64,000 nucleotides of DNA from an uncultured Muribaculaceae bacterium (GCA_964628205.1 CAZVMM010000009.1:2226-66225); one strand, 5' to 3'; shown: positions 10,201 through 19,444, counted from the first letter of the stretch. Translations and numbers: made by a program. The notes: generated by a model from the sequence alone, not told the origin.

Positions 10201-11035
10201 TCTGATAGTCAATGATGGGCAGAATGTCGGTTCGTCGACACCGGGCGTAGCTATTGGTGGTAGTGGTGCCGATACAAAGTTGTATGTCTACCTTGAGGAC
10301 TTCGGCAATGGTGTCGGCGTTTACAACATCGGTCAGGGAGATGGCAGTGTGTTTGACACATGGAGCACAGCCCCCAGTCAATACTTTGATATCGGCGCAT
10401 GGCAGCTCAACACCAATGGCAACGTGGTTGCTGATGCCCAGGGACGCGGTGTTTGGGTTTCCCAGTATCGCAGTGCCGGCAACAACACTTCTGGTGTGCC
10501 CTCGCTGATGTTTGTTGATAGTGATGGTAATGTGACGTTCAACTCAGGCCGTTCACCCTATATCGACATGCTCAACGGTAGTGACCGAGCTGGCTTTGCC
10601 GTCAATGACGCGTGCGACCTGCTTGTGATTCAAGACGGCAGCGGCATGTTGCAGTTCTTTGACCTGACATGGGACGGCACCACACCCGAGATTACGCCCA
10701 AGTACTCGTTCAAGGCCGACGCACGCAATAGTGCCGGATCGATTTTCCAGATGGCATTTGACTACGGCGGCAACTTAGTGTGCGCCGGCAGCAATATTGG
10801 CATTTACTCGCTGCCCGGAGGTGACAATATCCACACCACACCCGCTTGTGGCCAGATGGCTATCGTCAAGGTTCCCACCGCTGTCATCGAGACTCGTGAT
10901 AATGCTAAGGTAGTGGTGAATGAACGTTACTATGACTTGCGTGGTATTGAGTATAGCGCACCTGTTGAGGGTGTGACCATCGTTGTCAGGACCTATAGCG
11001 ACGGTACCACCAGTAGCGTGAAGATTATCAAGTAA
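7295..11035 (+). CDS. large secreted protein: N-acetylmuramoyl-L-alanine amidase (Amidase_3-like) + CarboxypepD_reg-like + propeller-like repeats + T9SS-type C-terminal sorting domain
   Basis: 1246 aa with signal peptide MKKIILLAVAAIMAAGTMQA (alternative start 7307). Amidase_3-like Zn-ligand contexts NPGHGS, YESNTNL, SHHSNAS. CarboxypepD_reg-like GATVTLYK...GVFVFENLEPGTYTISVEAEGFKP. C-terminal ...YYDLRGIEYSAPVEGVTIVVRTYSDGTTSSVKIIK resembles a T9SS CTD. Confidence 0.75.
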   Translation: MMTAMKKIILLAVAAIMAAGTMQAKTADEIRIYLNPGHGSWGPNDRPMATIPYPNLPETGRPDTNGFYESNTNLWKSIQTRATLIKMGVKADNITMSRWFNGPYPYVSGAPDAEIYNRPLSEICEEVEVGNYDMFLSHHSNASTDGTATNYPLILYRGKDGSGGDYAAGSRDMAQVCWPLFYTNEIDVMNYYGPGNPNIRGDIDFYGSSSTRVDPNTGNAYTGYLGVLKHGAPGFLIEGYFHTYQPARHRALNIDYCHQEGVRIARGIGQYFGLNPETTGYIMGSVKDVHNHLIHNLYKYSAGSVDQWAPINGATVTLYKGGDLVDSYKTDELYNGVFVFENLEPGTYTISVEAEGFKPLGEYTAATVDGQWQNLISQAAGPIVVEANKTSYAMPLLEATDYEIPTDLYPNYPEPELPGYVCAPGELYLEHDNGTEYDLEGTIKRMLVRGDSTIVLTNGQGGMPHVYLINNVDKVIIKQLSINGIAESEPDNAGFYSRLNDISFTADGLLVGMNSVMTQYSGDQVDEGFTRGTLRLFKWADFDSDPVQWVSTQSSANFYRFRPQALTIDGPSDDCLVTIIGTNASSTVGGMRFLKLAITSDQISSTIYTEKTISANSNFTLPKVGEPVLTLSPRSDDNVVLDGAVTLPFEVATATANGVDSEVVGRMQGDEDDAAAVGVSFFKYAQHQYMVTPYMNESAVGGIKLYDITAGLDQAALVSTTNTDLPPVACDFMSTGAAVKGQDIILYLMQDSKITKWMAAAASQPAVPGIYAYGLDAVADGDTYCFTFNANSAAEQAYISLMDADGNVVATIPVPDVVEGANSITVDMNDIDAEPGAELTWTVTLEGKDINTITRINPLVETYEGQLFVAVDKSPCSPAMGTIYAGNRTGSGSATNGVYVCDAMGQRVSGDLYRGGHSWSSNYRMAVDTQGKLYVPDWGDGTSGVYIAEPDNIDGDWTEFFIGTRQSSGLIVNDGQNVGSSTPGVAIGGSGADTKLYVYLEDFGNGVGVYNIGQGDGSVFDTWSTAPSQYFDIGAWQLNTNGNVVADAQGRGVWVSQYRSAGNNTSGVPSLMFVDSDGNVTFNSGRSPYIDMLNGSDRAGFAVNDACDLLVIQDGSGMLQFFDLTWDGTTPEITPKYSFKADARNSAGSIFQMAFDYGGNLVCAGSNIGIYSLPGGDNIHTTPACGQMAIVKVPTAVIETRDNAKVVVNERYYDLRGIEYSAPVEGVTIVVRTYSDGTTSSVKIIK

Positions 11036-11065
11036 GCCACCGGCTTACTACTCTCCACATGACGC

Positions 11066-11098
11066 GAAAGGCCATCAGGTTTGTCCTGATGGCCTTTC
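11066..11098 (+). terminator. terminator hairpin after the 1246-aa amidase gene
   Basis: Perfect 14-bp stem GAAAGGCCATCAGG/CCTGATGGCCTTTC with loop TTTGT, 31 nt after the stop. The T-tail is weak (TTC). Confidence 0.65.
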
Positions 11099-11258
11099 TT
11101 CACAATACTTGACTCGTGGAAGCGGTTACTATAGAATACGGGAATGATATTTCTAAATAGCACCAGACAAAAATTGAGAATCACATGTGTGACAGGCTGG
11201 TGTGTTATTTTTCTATAAAAACGGGGTGCCAAGTGAGGGTTATTACGTGGAAAAGTTG

Positions 11259-11266
11259 TAATTTTG
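11259..11266 (+). promoter_or_regulatory. -7 box TAATTTTG for lon
   Basis: Exact match 83 nt upstream of ATG 11349. Confidence 0.45.
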
Positions 11267-11348
11267 GGCCCGCTAGCGTTGATGCGACAGCGTTGAAACG
11301 CCCTAGCGATAATCATTAACACCCTCAAGAGAGAAGACGATAATCGAC

Positions 11349-13799
11349 ATGATAGACTTACTTGACAACATCGACGATGCAATGAGCGAGAGTGAAACCC
11401 GCGTGGTGCCCATTTTCACCGAGGCGCCCGACGATAGCCAGCTGGCTGGCCTGGAACAGGGCGAGTCACGGCGCGTGGCAGTGTTGCCGCTCCGCAACAT
11501 GGTACTCTTTCCGTCGATGACGATGCCCGTGGCCGTGGGCCGCGAGAAGTCATTGCGACTGGTGAGTGAATCCCTGGAGCGCCGTCTTCCCATCGCTGTT
11601 GTGTGCCAGCGCGACAGCCGCGTGGAGGATCCCATGGAACAAGACCTGTATCGCACGGGCACCATCGCCACTGTGGTCAAGCTGCTTGAGATGCCAGACG
11701 GTTCGACCAGCGTGATCCTGCAGGGCCACGTGGCGTGCAGGCTGCAGGATATCGGTCAAAGCCACGGCGAGGCCTACTTGCACGGCACGGCAAGTCCCGT
11801 ACAGGAGCAACAGCCCGCCAAGGGTGACCGTGAGTTCGAGATGCTGATGCAGAGCATCGTCGAGACCACCTCGAGGATGTTGCGCAACATGGGTCAACAA
11901 GGCCGTGACCTGGCTTTCGCGATGAAGAACATCAGCGACCCCGTCTATCTGATGGGTTTTCTGGCAACCAACATCGCACTGGATCCAGACCAAAAACAGC
12001 ACATGCTCGAACAGAGCGACATCAAGCAGCGCGCCTATCTGCTGTTCGGCCTACTGGCCCGTGAGGAGCAACTGGTCGAGATTAAGGCCAACATCCAGTC
12101 GCGCACGCGCGAAGAACTCTCACAGCAACAACGCGATCACTTCCTGCAACAGCAGCTGCGCACGATTCAGGAGGAACTGGGTACCGACATCGACGATACC
12201 GAGCAGCTACGCGAGCGCTCAGCAGGCATGAAGTGGAACGAGAACGTGCAGCGCCAGTTCGACAAGGAACTGCGCCGCCTGGAGCGTCTCAATCCGCAAA
12301 CACCCGACTACTCTGTGCAGTACGCCTATTTGGACAATATGCTTAACCTGCCATGGGACAACTATAGTGTGGACAACTTTGACCTCAAGCAGGTTGAGCA
12401 CAAGCTCAATGCCGACCATTACGGTCTGGAGAAGGTCAAGGACCGTATCCTAGAGCATTTGTCGGTGCTCAAGCTACGTGGAGACCTCAAGGCACCCATT
12501 CTGTGCCTGTACGGACCTCCGGGCGTGGGCAAGACATCACTGGGCCGCTCAATAGCCGATGCCCTGCACCGTGAGTATGCCCGCATATCGCTGGGAGGCC
12601 TGCATGACGAAGCTGAGATACGCGGCCATCGCCGCACCTACATCGGAGCGATGCCTGGTCGTATTATCGCTGCCCTGGCGGGTTGCGGCACCAGCAATCC
12701 CGTCATTGTGCTCGACGAGATTGATAAGGTGGGCCAGGACTTCAAGGGCGACCCGTCATCAGCCCTGCTCGAGGTGCTTGATCCCGAACAGAACAACCGC
12801 TTCCACGACAACTATCTGGATGTGGACTATGACCTGTCCAAGGTGCTATTCATTGCCACAGCCAATAACCTGTCGACAGTCAGCCGCCCGCTGCTCGACC
12901 GCATGGAGATGATCGAGATCAACGGCTATATCCCCGAGGAGAAGCTTGAAATCGCCAAGCGTCACCTTGTGCCCAAACAGTTGCTGGAGAATGGCTTCAA
13001 GAAGGGTGAGATAAAGTTTGGCAAGCAGGTTCTGCTGCATATCATCGAGGACTATACGCGCGAGTCGGGAGTTCGACAACTCGAGAAGAAGATTGCCACC
13101 GTGCTGCGCCGCGTGGCACGTCACAAGGCCAGCGGCGATGACTACCCCACCAGCATCAGGGTCGAGGACCTGAAAGAGTATCTGGGAGCACCCGACTATA
13201 GCCGCGACAAGTATGAGGGCAATGAGTTTGCCGGTGTGGTAACGGGCCTTGCATGGACCGCCGTGGGAGGAGAAATCCTATTTGTGGAATCATCACTGGC
13301 CCGCGGCAAGGGCGAGAAATTGACATTGACAGGTAATCTTGGCGATGTGATGAAGGAGTCGGCTGTGATAGCCCTGCAATATCTGAGATCTCACGGCTCG
13401 TTGCTCAACATCGATGCCGAGCTGTTTGACAAGTACAACGTCCATATCCATGTGCCCGAGGGTGCAATACCCAAGGACGGCCCGTCGGCTGGCGTGACGA
13501 TGGTGACCTCGCTGGCATCATCGTTTACCCAGCGCAAGGTTAAAGACCACCTGGCGATGACAGGAGAGATCACCCTACGCGGCAAGGTGTTGCCCGTTGG
13601 CGGCATCAAAGAGAAAATACTCGCTGCTAAGCGGGCAGGCATCAAGGAAATCATCCTGTGTAAAGATAACCGCAAAGACATTGAGGAGATCAACGACATC
13701 TACCTTAAGGGGTTGACCTTCCACTATGTCAATACCATCAAGGAAGTGCTCGACCTCGCGTTACTCAAGGAGAAAGTCCACGACGCCATCGAGCTTTGA
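11349..13799 (+). CDS. lon: ATP-dependent Lon protease (endopeptidase La)
   Basis: 816 aa. Walker [10 protein letters not shown]. Lon catalytic serine context [12 protein letters not shown]-terminal LON substrate-binding domain. Confidence 0.97.
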   Translation: MIDLLDNIDDAMSESETRVVPIFTEAPDDSQLAGLEQGESRRVAVLPLRNMVLFPSMTMPVAVGREKSLRLVSESLERRLPIAVVCQRDSRVEDPMEQDLYRTGTIATVVKLLEMPDGSTSVILQGHVACRLQDIGQSHGEAYLHGTASPVQEQQPAKGDREFEMLMQSIVETTSRMLRNMGQQGRDLAFAMKNISDPVYLMGFLATNIALDPDQKQHMLEQSDIKQRAYLLFGLLAREEQLVEIKANIQSRTREELSQQQRDHFLQQQLRTIQEELGTDIDDTEQLRERSAGMKWNENVQRQFDKELRRLERLNPQTPDYSVQYAYLDNMLNLPWDNYSVDNFDLKQVEHKLNADHYGLEKVKDRILEHLSVLKLRGDLKAPILCLYGPPGVGKTSLGRSIADALHREYARISLGGLHDEAEIRGHRRTYIGAMPGRIIAALAGCGTSNPVIVLDEIDKVGQDFKGDPSSALLEVLDPEQNNRFHDNYLDVDYDLSKVLFIATANNLSTVSRPLLDRMEMIEINGYIPEEKLEIAKRHLVPKQLLENGFKKGEIKFGKQVLLHIIEDYTRESGVRQLEKKIATVLRRVARHKASGDDYPTSIRVEDLKEYLGAPDYSRDKYEGNEFAGVVTGLAWTAVGGEILFVESSLARGKGEKLTLTGNLGDVMKESAVIALQYLRSHGSLLNIDAELFDKYNVHIHVPEGAIPKDGPSAGVTMVTSLASSFTQRKVKDHLAMTGEITLRGKVLPVGGIKEKILAAKRAGIKEIILCKDNRKDIEEINDIYLKGLTFHYVNTIKEVLDLALLKEKVHDAIEL

Positions 13800-13824
13800 G
13801 CGTAGATGATTTATCAGAATCAGT

Positions 13825-13857
13825 GGTCAAGAGCGATTACGCATGTCACTCTTGACC
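13825..13857. terminator. weak hairpin between convergent lon and mtnN
   Basis: 9-bp stem GGTCAAGAG/CTCTTGACC with a 15-nt loop and no clear T-tract. Confidence 0.35.
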
Positions 13858-13895
13858 CCTGATTCCATAATATTCAGGATATCAGGGATTCCTGA

Positions 13896-14573
13896 TTATA
13901 ACTTCGTGATGATGTCTTTTACCAGAGCAAAGGTCTCGCGGGGAGCATCGTTCCAGAAGTCCAGATACTGACGCGTGTTGTCATGGCTCGCGCCCGGAGA
14001 GTCGCTTATCACACGCAGCGCCAAGAAGGGCACCCCACTCAAGTGGCACACCTGAGCAATAGCTCCCGACTCCATATCCACGGCAAGCACATCGGGGAAA
14101 ATGCCCTTGATGCGACTCACGTCCTCTTTTTTGTCGATAAACTGGTCACCAGAGCATATCAGTCCCCTGTGGATGTCCTCACGCTCAGGAATGAGGTCGA
14201 GCAATCGTTTGCTCCCCTCGAAGTACAGCGGCAATCCCTGCACCTGTCCCAACTCGCTCTCAGGGCCGCACCACACATCGTGATAGGCAACACGTACCCC
14301 TGCCACCACGTCCATCACACTCACCGCCATGTCTGCTCCACCAGCGACACCACTATTGATGATGAAATCGGGCAAGAAAGCATTGACGAGTGTCAGTGCG
14401 CCCATAGCAGCATTGACCTTGCCGATGCCGCACTGCATAGCTATGACATCGTGCCTGCCCACTGTACCACGGTAAAACTCGCAACCGCCCATGCGGCTCT
14501 GTTCGCTATCCCGGAGCAACGGCAGGAGCAGCTCCAGTTCCTTGTGCATCGCGACTATAATTCCAATCTTCAT
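13896..14573 (-). CDS. mtnN: 5'-methylthioadenosine/S-adenosylhomocysteine nucleosidase
   Basis: 225 aa. MKIGIIVAMHKELE... start, GIGKVNAA, and the DMESGAIAQV motif typical of the MTAN/PNP_UDP_1 fold. Confidence 0.9.
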   Translation of the reverse strand: MKIGIIVAMHKELELLLPLLRDSEQSRMGGCEFYRGTVGRHDVIAMQCGIGKVNAAMGALTLVNAFLPDFIINSGVAGGADMAVSVMDVVAGVRVAYHDVWCGPESELGQVQGLPLYFEGSKRLLDLIPEREDIHRGLICSGDQFIDKKEDVSRIKGIFPDVLAVDMESGAIAQVCHLSGVPFLALRVISDSPGASHDNTRQYLDFWNDAPRETFALVKDIITKL

Positions 14574-14604
14574 TTTATCCGAACAATTATTGATTTTTGT
14601 GGCA

Positions 14605-14612
14605 CAAAATTA
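14605..14612 (-). promoter_or_regulatory. -7 box TAATTTTG for mtnN
   Basis: CAAAATTA on the + strand, 32 nt upstream of ATG 14573. Confidence 0.5.
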
Positions 14613-14633
14613 CTATTTTTTCTTCAATTATAC

Positions 14634-14641
14634 TACTTTTG
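14634..14641 (+). promoter_or_regulatory. -7 box TACTTTTG for the DUF1893-like gene (leaderless geometry)
   Basis: The G of the box is 5 nt from the A of ATG 14646. Confidence 0.5.
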
Positions 14642-14645
14642 CCAC

Positions 14646-15056
14646 ATGAAAGATTTGATAGACACCCTGCATGCCGGGGACTACACCCTGGTGGTGAGAA
14701 GCGCCGACGGAGCATTGCATTGCTTTTCTAGGCGCGGAGTGAAAGACCTGCTGACGCTGGTAACACAATCCCCGCAGGTCCTCTGTGGAAGTCACGTCGC
14801 CGACAAGGCCGTGGGCAAGGCGGCAGCCGCCTGCATGGCCGTGGGCGGCGTGGTCCGTGTCCATGCCGACGTGATGAGCGAGCCAGCATTGGCCTTGCTG
14901 CAATCCCGCGGCATCAGGGCTCAGTACGGCCAGCTGGTCGACCACATCATCAATCGTGCCGGCGATGACTGGTGCCCAATGGAACGTCTGAGCCGCGACA
15001 TCGATGATCCCAATGAAATCATAACGAGAATCCAAAACTCATTCCAATCCCGCTAA
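14646..15056 (+). CDS. small conserved protein, DUF1893 (TM1506)-like
   Basis: Only the last 136 codons of track ORF 13983..15056 do not overlap mtnN. ATG 14646 sits 5 nt after a TACTTTTG -7 box. The VADKAVGKAAAACM motif recalls the DUF1893 family (recollection, not searched). Confidence 0.6.
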   Translation: MKDLIDTLHAGDYTLVVRSADGALHCFSRRGVKDLLTLVTQSPQVLCGSHVADKAVGKAAAACMAVGGVVRVHADVMSEPALALLQSRGIRAQYGQLVDHIINRAGDDWCPMERLSRDIDDPNEIITRIQNSFQSR

Positions 15057-15307
15057 CCAAAGCGCTGGCTACCCGCAGGCACCAGCGCTCTCTCAGATAA
15101 ACATCACTAATTTTTTGTTTTGTGTCTTATGGCCGAAATAAAGTTTCTCGTTTGTTCATTAGACACACCAAAAAGCCGTTTTGCAACAACAAAACAGCCT
15201 TTTAACATTATTTTAACAATCTATCAAGCATATAGGCGCACATGCCTTACTGCCGCATGCGCCTGATAATATTGTTAGGTATTAAACACCGCTGACAAGA
15301 GGCTCGC

Positions 15308-16417
15308 TTAAAGTTCGGCTTCCTTGAGTTTCTCGGCGTTCTCGGCAACAATGAGGTGGTCGATGCAATCCTGGATGTCGCCGTCCATGAAGGCGGGCAG
15401 ATTGTAGATGGTGTAGCCGATGCGGTGGTCGGTGATACGTCCCTGCGGATAATTGTAGGTGCGGATTTTGGCAGATCGGTCGCCTGTCGAGACGAGGGTC
15501 TTGCGGCGCGAAGCGATGTCGTCCATGTACTTCTGGTGCTCGTGGTCGTAGATGAATGTGCGCAATCGAGCCAGCGCCCTCTCCTTGTTCTTAGGCTGGT
15601 CACGGGTCTCGGTACACTCGATGAGAATTTCCTGTTGCTCGCCCGTATTGGGATTAGTCCACATGTAGCGCAGGCGCACACCGCTGTTCACCTTGTTCAC
15701 GTTCTGGCCACCGGCACCGCCGCTGCGGAAGGTGTCCCACTTGATCTCGCCCTCGTTGATGTGCACGTCAAAGGGCTCGGCCTCGGGCAAGACGGCTACA
15801 CTGGCAGCGCTGGTGTGGACGCGGCCCTGGGTCTCGGTAACGGGCACACGTTGCACACGGTGCACGCCAGACTCATACTTAAGCGTGCCATACACATTAT
15901 CACCCGTGATGCTGAACACCACCTCCTTGAAACCGCCCACAGCGCCCTCGCTGCAACTGGACATCTGCACGTTCCAGCCCTTGGTCTCGCAGTAACGGGT
16001 GTACATACGGGCCAGATCGCCGGCAAACAGTGCCGCCTCGTCGCCGCCTGTGCCACCACGGATCTCGAGCACCACGTTCTTGCTGTCCTCGGGATCCTCG
16101 GGGATAAGCAGGAGCTTGATTTCCTCTTCGGTTTTTGGCACTGCGGCTTGGTTGAGATCGATTTCCTCACGGGCCATGGCGCGCAGTTCCTCGTCGGTCT
16201 CACTATCGAGGACGGCCTTAGCCTGCTCGATGTCCTCGAGCAGTTTGCGGTAACGACGGGTAGCGCCCAGCAGCGTTTCCAGCCTCTTGTATTCCTTGGT
16301 CAGCTTGACGTAGCGACGCTGGTCTGCAATGACGTTGGGGTCGGTGATAAGGGTCCCGATTTCCTCGAATCGCGCGTCCAGTCCGTCGAGTCGCTGCAAT
16401 AGTGGTGAATCAGCCAT
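15308..16417 (-). CDS. prfA: peptide chain release factor 1
   Basis: 369 aa. GGQ motif (RSGGAGGQNVNKV) and RF1-type PVT tripeptide (RVQRVPVTETQGR). Confidence 0.97.
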   Translation of the reverse strand: MADSPLLQRLDGLDARFEEIGTLITDPNVIADQRRYVKLTKEYKRLETLLGATRRYRKLLEDIEQAKAVLDSETDEELRAMAREEIDLNQAAVPKTEEEIKLLLIPEDPEDSKNVVLEIRGGTGGDEAALFAGDLARMYTRYCETKGWNVQMSSCSEGAVGGFKEVVFSITGDNVYGTLKYESGVHRVQRVPVTETQGRVHTSAASVAVLPEAEPFDVHINEGEIKWDTFRSGGAGGQNVNKVNSGVRLRYMWTNPNTGEQQEILIECTETRDQPKNKERALARLRTFIYDHEHQKYMDDIASRRKTLVSTGDRSAKIRTYNYPQGRITDHRIGYTIYNLPAFMDGDIQDCIDHLIVAENAEKLKEAEL

Positions 16418-16423
16418 TTTTCG

Positions 16424-16452
16424 TAGTTAATAGTTAACAGTTAATAGTTGTT
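16424..16452. repeat. phased heptanucleotide tract AGTTAAT-AGTTAAC-AGTTAAT-AGTTGTT
   Basis: AGTT at 16425, 16432, 16439 and 16446, an exact 7-nt phase. It fills the gap between the prfA ATG (16417) and the stop of the next gene (16460). Confidence 0.8.
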
Positions 16453-16459
16453 AGGGAGT

Positions 16460-17581
16460 CTAAAGCCCAAAAATGAACCCGAGCAGCCGATAGACGTGAT
16501 TGACGATGCCCAGGCGGTCGATGTCGGGGCGGGTCGAGAAGAACAGGAAGTTGAGGTCGCGCTCTGGGATCTTGCCGGCATAGATGGTGAAGCCGCCATT
16601 GTCACCCAAGTGATAGATGTGGGTGGGCTGGCCGGGATAGTCCTGGACAAAGAAGCCGTAGCCGTAACCCGTATAGGGCTGATAGCCATAGTTGGCATCC
16701 CGTGGAATCTGAATCCAGGGGCGGTAAGCCAGGCGCTTGCTGCCGGCGGTCCACACGCGGTTGTCACGCAAAGCGCGTTCCCAACGCATGAAGTCGTTGA
16801 TGGAGCAGTACAGGGCGCCATCGGCCTTGGTGGCAAAGAAGGATTCCTCGCCATAGTCATATTCTTGCCAACGGCCCTGCTCGTCGCGCTGGTATCCGTG
16901 GGCCATGTGGGCGATGGTGCGATCGGGCTCAAAGTAGCGGCACGTCAGCATTCCCATTCTGTCAAAGATGTTCTTCTGCATATAGGTCTCGAATGGGATC
17001 CCCGAAACCCGCTCCACTATCTGGTAGATCAGCTGATAGGTGGGGTTGATGTATTCGTAACTGGTTCCTGGGGTGAAATTCAGGTGGTCGAGCGTGCGCA
17101 TATACTGGACCGAAGCCACGTCGGTGCTGTAGAGCACGAAGTCGCGGTTATCGCGGGGCCGCGCGTCGGGGATGCCCGAAGTGTGGCTCAGGATGTGATG
17201 CAGGGTAATATTCTGGAAGAAGGGCGCCTGGAACTCGGGGAAGAACTTCGAGAGCGGGTCGTCAAGCGACAGTTTGCGCTCTTCGGCCAGCTGCAACAGC
17301 GCTACAGCGGCAAACTGCTTGGACACCGAAGCGATGCAGAAATTGGTTTCCAGGGATATCGGCTCGCGAGTCTCCAGGTCGGCGACACCAAAGCATCGGC
17401 TATACACGACGTCATTGCCCTGGGTGATGAGCACCGCTGCTCCAGGATCGTTGGGATTACTATACACGGCATCAAACACCTCATCGATGCGCCTCGTCAA
17501 TTCGTCATTAATCATGTCATGTGCCATGATGCCAGTCGCCCCGGCAATCAAAGCCACAATCACTAAAAATTTCCTTATCAT
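16460..17581 (-). CDS. serine hydrolase, beta-lactamase/PBP4* family, secreted
   Basis: SxxK motif ASVSKQF. ATG 17581 gives the signal peptide MIRKFLVIVALIAGATGIMA and lies 5 nt from a TACCTTTG -7 box. The track start 17653 would overlap the divergent gene. Confidence 0.85.
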   Translation of the reverse strand: MIRKFLVIVALIAGATGIMAHDMINDELTRRIDEVFDAVYSNPNDPGAAVLITQGNDVVYSRCFGVADLETREPISLETNFCIASVSKQFAAVALLQLAEERKLSLDDPLSKFFPEFQAPFFQNITLHHILSHTSGIPDARPRDNRDFVLYSTDVASVQYMRTLDHLNFTPGTSYEYINPTYQLIYQIVERVSGIPFETYMQKNIFDRMGMLTCRYFEPDRTIAHMAHGYQRDEQGRWQEYDYGEESFFATKADGALYCSINDFMRWERALRDNRVWTAGSKRLAYRPWIQIPRDANYGYQPYTGYGYGFFVQDYPGQPTHIYHLGDNGGFTIYAGKIPERDLNFLFFSTRPDIDRLGIVNHVYRLLGFIFGL

Positions 17582-17585
17582 GGGG

Positions 17586-17593
17586 CAAAGGTA
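17586..17593 (-). promoter_or_regulatory. -7 box TACCTTTG for the serine hydrolase gene (leaderless geometry)
   Basis: CAAAGGTA on the + strand. The box ends 5 nt from ATG 17581. Confidence 0.5.
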
Positions 17594-17615
17594 GGCTTTT
17601 TTGGGCGAAATTATG

Positions 17616-17623
17616 TATCTTTG
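17616..17623 (+). promoter_or_regulatory. -7 box TATCTTTG for the B3/4-tsaC-thioredoxin gene string
   Basis: Exact match 30 nt upstream of ATG 17653. Confidence 0.5.
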
Positions 17624-17652
17624 CAACGACTTTTTTAAAAAAGACGATAGCA

Positions 17653-18327
17653 ATGATCCAAGTCAAGATAGATCCCAGGATTATCGATGCCTGTCCTGAA
17701 ACACGCATCGGCCTCATCCGCGCGACAGTTGTCAATGAACCCACGAGCGATGAGTTGTGGGGCGAGATTGAGGCTACCGCACTGGAAATCAAGCATCAAT
17801 ACCAGTTGCTAGAGATTAATCAGCGACCGGCAATCGCCGCTACCCGGCATCTGTATCGGTCACTGGGCAAGGACCCCAGCCGCTACCGCGTATCGAGCGA
17901 AGCCTTGTGCCGACGCATCATTCGCGGACTGGGCCTCTATCGCCTGGCAACGCTCATCGATGTGGTCAATCTCGTGTCGATCAGGAGCGGCTACGCCATC
18001 AGCGGGCTGGATGGTGACCGCATCGAGGGTGACACGCTGACAATGAGTGTAGGCACCAGCGATGACGTTTATCACGGAATCGGTCGAGGATTGCTCAACA
18101 TCGAGGGTATGCCCGTGTATCGTGATGCCGCCGGCCCTATCGCCACGCCCACAAGCGACGAGGAGCGCACCAAGTTCACAGACCAGACCGTTTGCGCTCA
18201 GATCAACATCAATGCATTTGCTCCCGAGATGCCACTGGAGCAAGCTACTGACTGGATGGCGGAGCTATTAACGAAATACGCTCACGCCATGGAAGTCGAA
18301 ACCGCCATTTTTGACCCCAAAGGATAA
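17653..18327 (+). CDS. B3/B4 tRNA-binding-domain protein (PheT B3/4-like)
   Basis: 224 aa. Overall resemblance to stand-alone B3/4 domain proteins (…LYRSLGKDPSRYRVSSEAL…GLD…). Family assignment is from memory only. Confidence 0.6.
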   Translation: MIQVKIDPRIIDACPETRIGLIRATVVNEPTSDELWGEIEATALEIKHQYQLLEINQRPAIAATRHLYRSLGKDPSRYRVSSEALCRRIIRGLGLYRLATLIDVVNLVSIRSGYAISGLDGDRIEGDTLTMSVGTSDDVYHGIGRGLLNIEGMPVYRDAAGPIATPTSDEERTKFTDQTVCAQININAFAPEMPLEQATDWMAELLTKYAHAMEVETAIFDPKG

Positions 18328-18340
18328 TAATTAAGCAATT

Positions 18341-18946
18341 ATGGAAATACTAGAGATATTAGAAAAAAACATCAATCAGCGGCACATCGACCACGTGGTC
18401 GAGACGCTGAAGGACGGAGGGCTGATCATCTACCCCACCGACACGGTGTACGCGCTGGGTTGTGACGCGCTCAACAATCAGGCCATCGAGCGCATCTGCT
18501 CCATCAAGGAAATGAAATCGGCCAAGACCAATCTTTCGATCATCTGTGACGACATTTCGCAAGTGGCACAGTATGCCAAGTTCGACAATACCCAGTTCCG
18601 CATGATGAAGGCCAACCTGCCGGGACCGTTCACGTTTATCTTCCCGGCCCTGTCCAAGCTGCCCAAGGCCTTCAAGGGCCGCCGTACAGTGGGCATCCGT
18701 ATTCCCGACAATGAAATCGCCCTGGCGATTGTACGCACACTGGGCGGGCCTATCCTGACTACCTCGGTGCCCGGAAACGACGAGGACTACCGTTGTGAGC
18801 CAGGCCTGATGGCCGAAACCTTTGAGTCCCAGGTGGACATTGTGATAGATGCCGGACGCGGACAGTTGTTACCCTCGACCATCGTCGACTGCACCAGTGG
18901 TGAACCCGAGATCACCCGCGTGGGAAAAGGAAAACTTGTGCAATAA
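18341..18946 (+). CDS. tsaC: L-threonylcarbamoyladenylate synthase (YrdC/TsaC family)
   Basis: 201 aa. YPTDTVYALGCDA and LPGPFTFI motifs of the YrdC fold. Confidence 0.85.
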   Translation: MEILEILEKNINQRHIDHVVETLKDGGLIIYPTDTVYALGCDALNNQAIERICSIKEMKSAKTNLSIICDDISQVAQYAKFDNTQFRMMKANLPGPFTFIFPALSKLPKAFKGRRTVGIRIPDNEIALAIVRTLGGPILTTSVPGNDEDYRCEPGLMAETFESQVDIVIDAGRGQLLPSTIVDCTSGEPEITRVGKGKLVQ

Positions 18947-18985
18947 TTACCGATAAGCATTATATTAAATCACCGCAAGACAGCA

Positions 18986-19444
18986 ATGAAAAAGATAATC
19001 TTATGCATGGCGGCAATGCTCATGCTCGTAGCGTGCAACAACAAGAGCGGACAAAACGACAATGCGGCCGCCAACCAGGAAACATCAGCGAGCGAGATGC
19101 CCGTCGCATCTCCAGATGATGAGGGTCAGGATGAATGGATTCATCAGACCACCATCATGAGTTCGAAGCCGATGGTCATCGACTTCTATGCCACCTGGTG
19201 TGGACCCTGTAAGCAGCTTGCCCCCATCCTGGATGAGCTGGAACAGAAGCACAAAGGCGACGTGATCTTCAAGCGCGTAGACGTCGATCAAGAGCCCGAC
19301 CTGGCTAATGAGTTCCATGTCGAGGCCATCCCCATGCTCATGTTCGTTACCCCCAAGGGCGACTACCAGACGATCATGGGCTACCAAGAGGCAGCCGTCA
19401 TCGAGGCCAAGATAGCCGAATTGCTTGCCCGTAGCTCAAAATAA
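18986..19444 (+). CDS. thioredoxin, lipoprotein-anchored (periplasmic)
   Basis: Lipobox MLMLVAC and the WCGPC active site. Confidence 0.9.
   Translation: MKKIILCMAAMLMLVACNNKSGQNDNAAANQETSASEMPVASPDDEGQDEWIHQTTIMSSKPMVIDFYATWCGPCKQLAPILDELEQKHKGDVIFKRVDVDQEPDLANEFHVEAIPMLMFVTPKGDYQTIMGYQEAAVIEAKIAELLARSSK

Noticed and set aside
15057-15307. A 251-bp spacer with several hairpins (AGCGCTGG/CCAGCGCT at 15061..15089 and GGCGCA..TGC/GCATGCGCC at 15235..15263) as a possible small RNA gene.
   Set aside because: The hairpins sit directly after two convergent stop codons (15056 and 15308) and are most simply weak terminators. I found no -7 box and no tRNA-like or known ncRNA signature.
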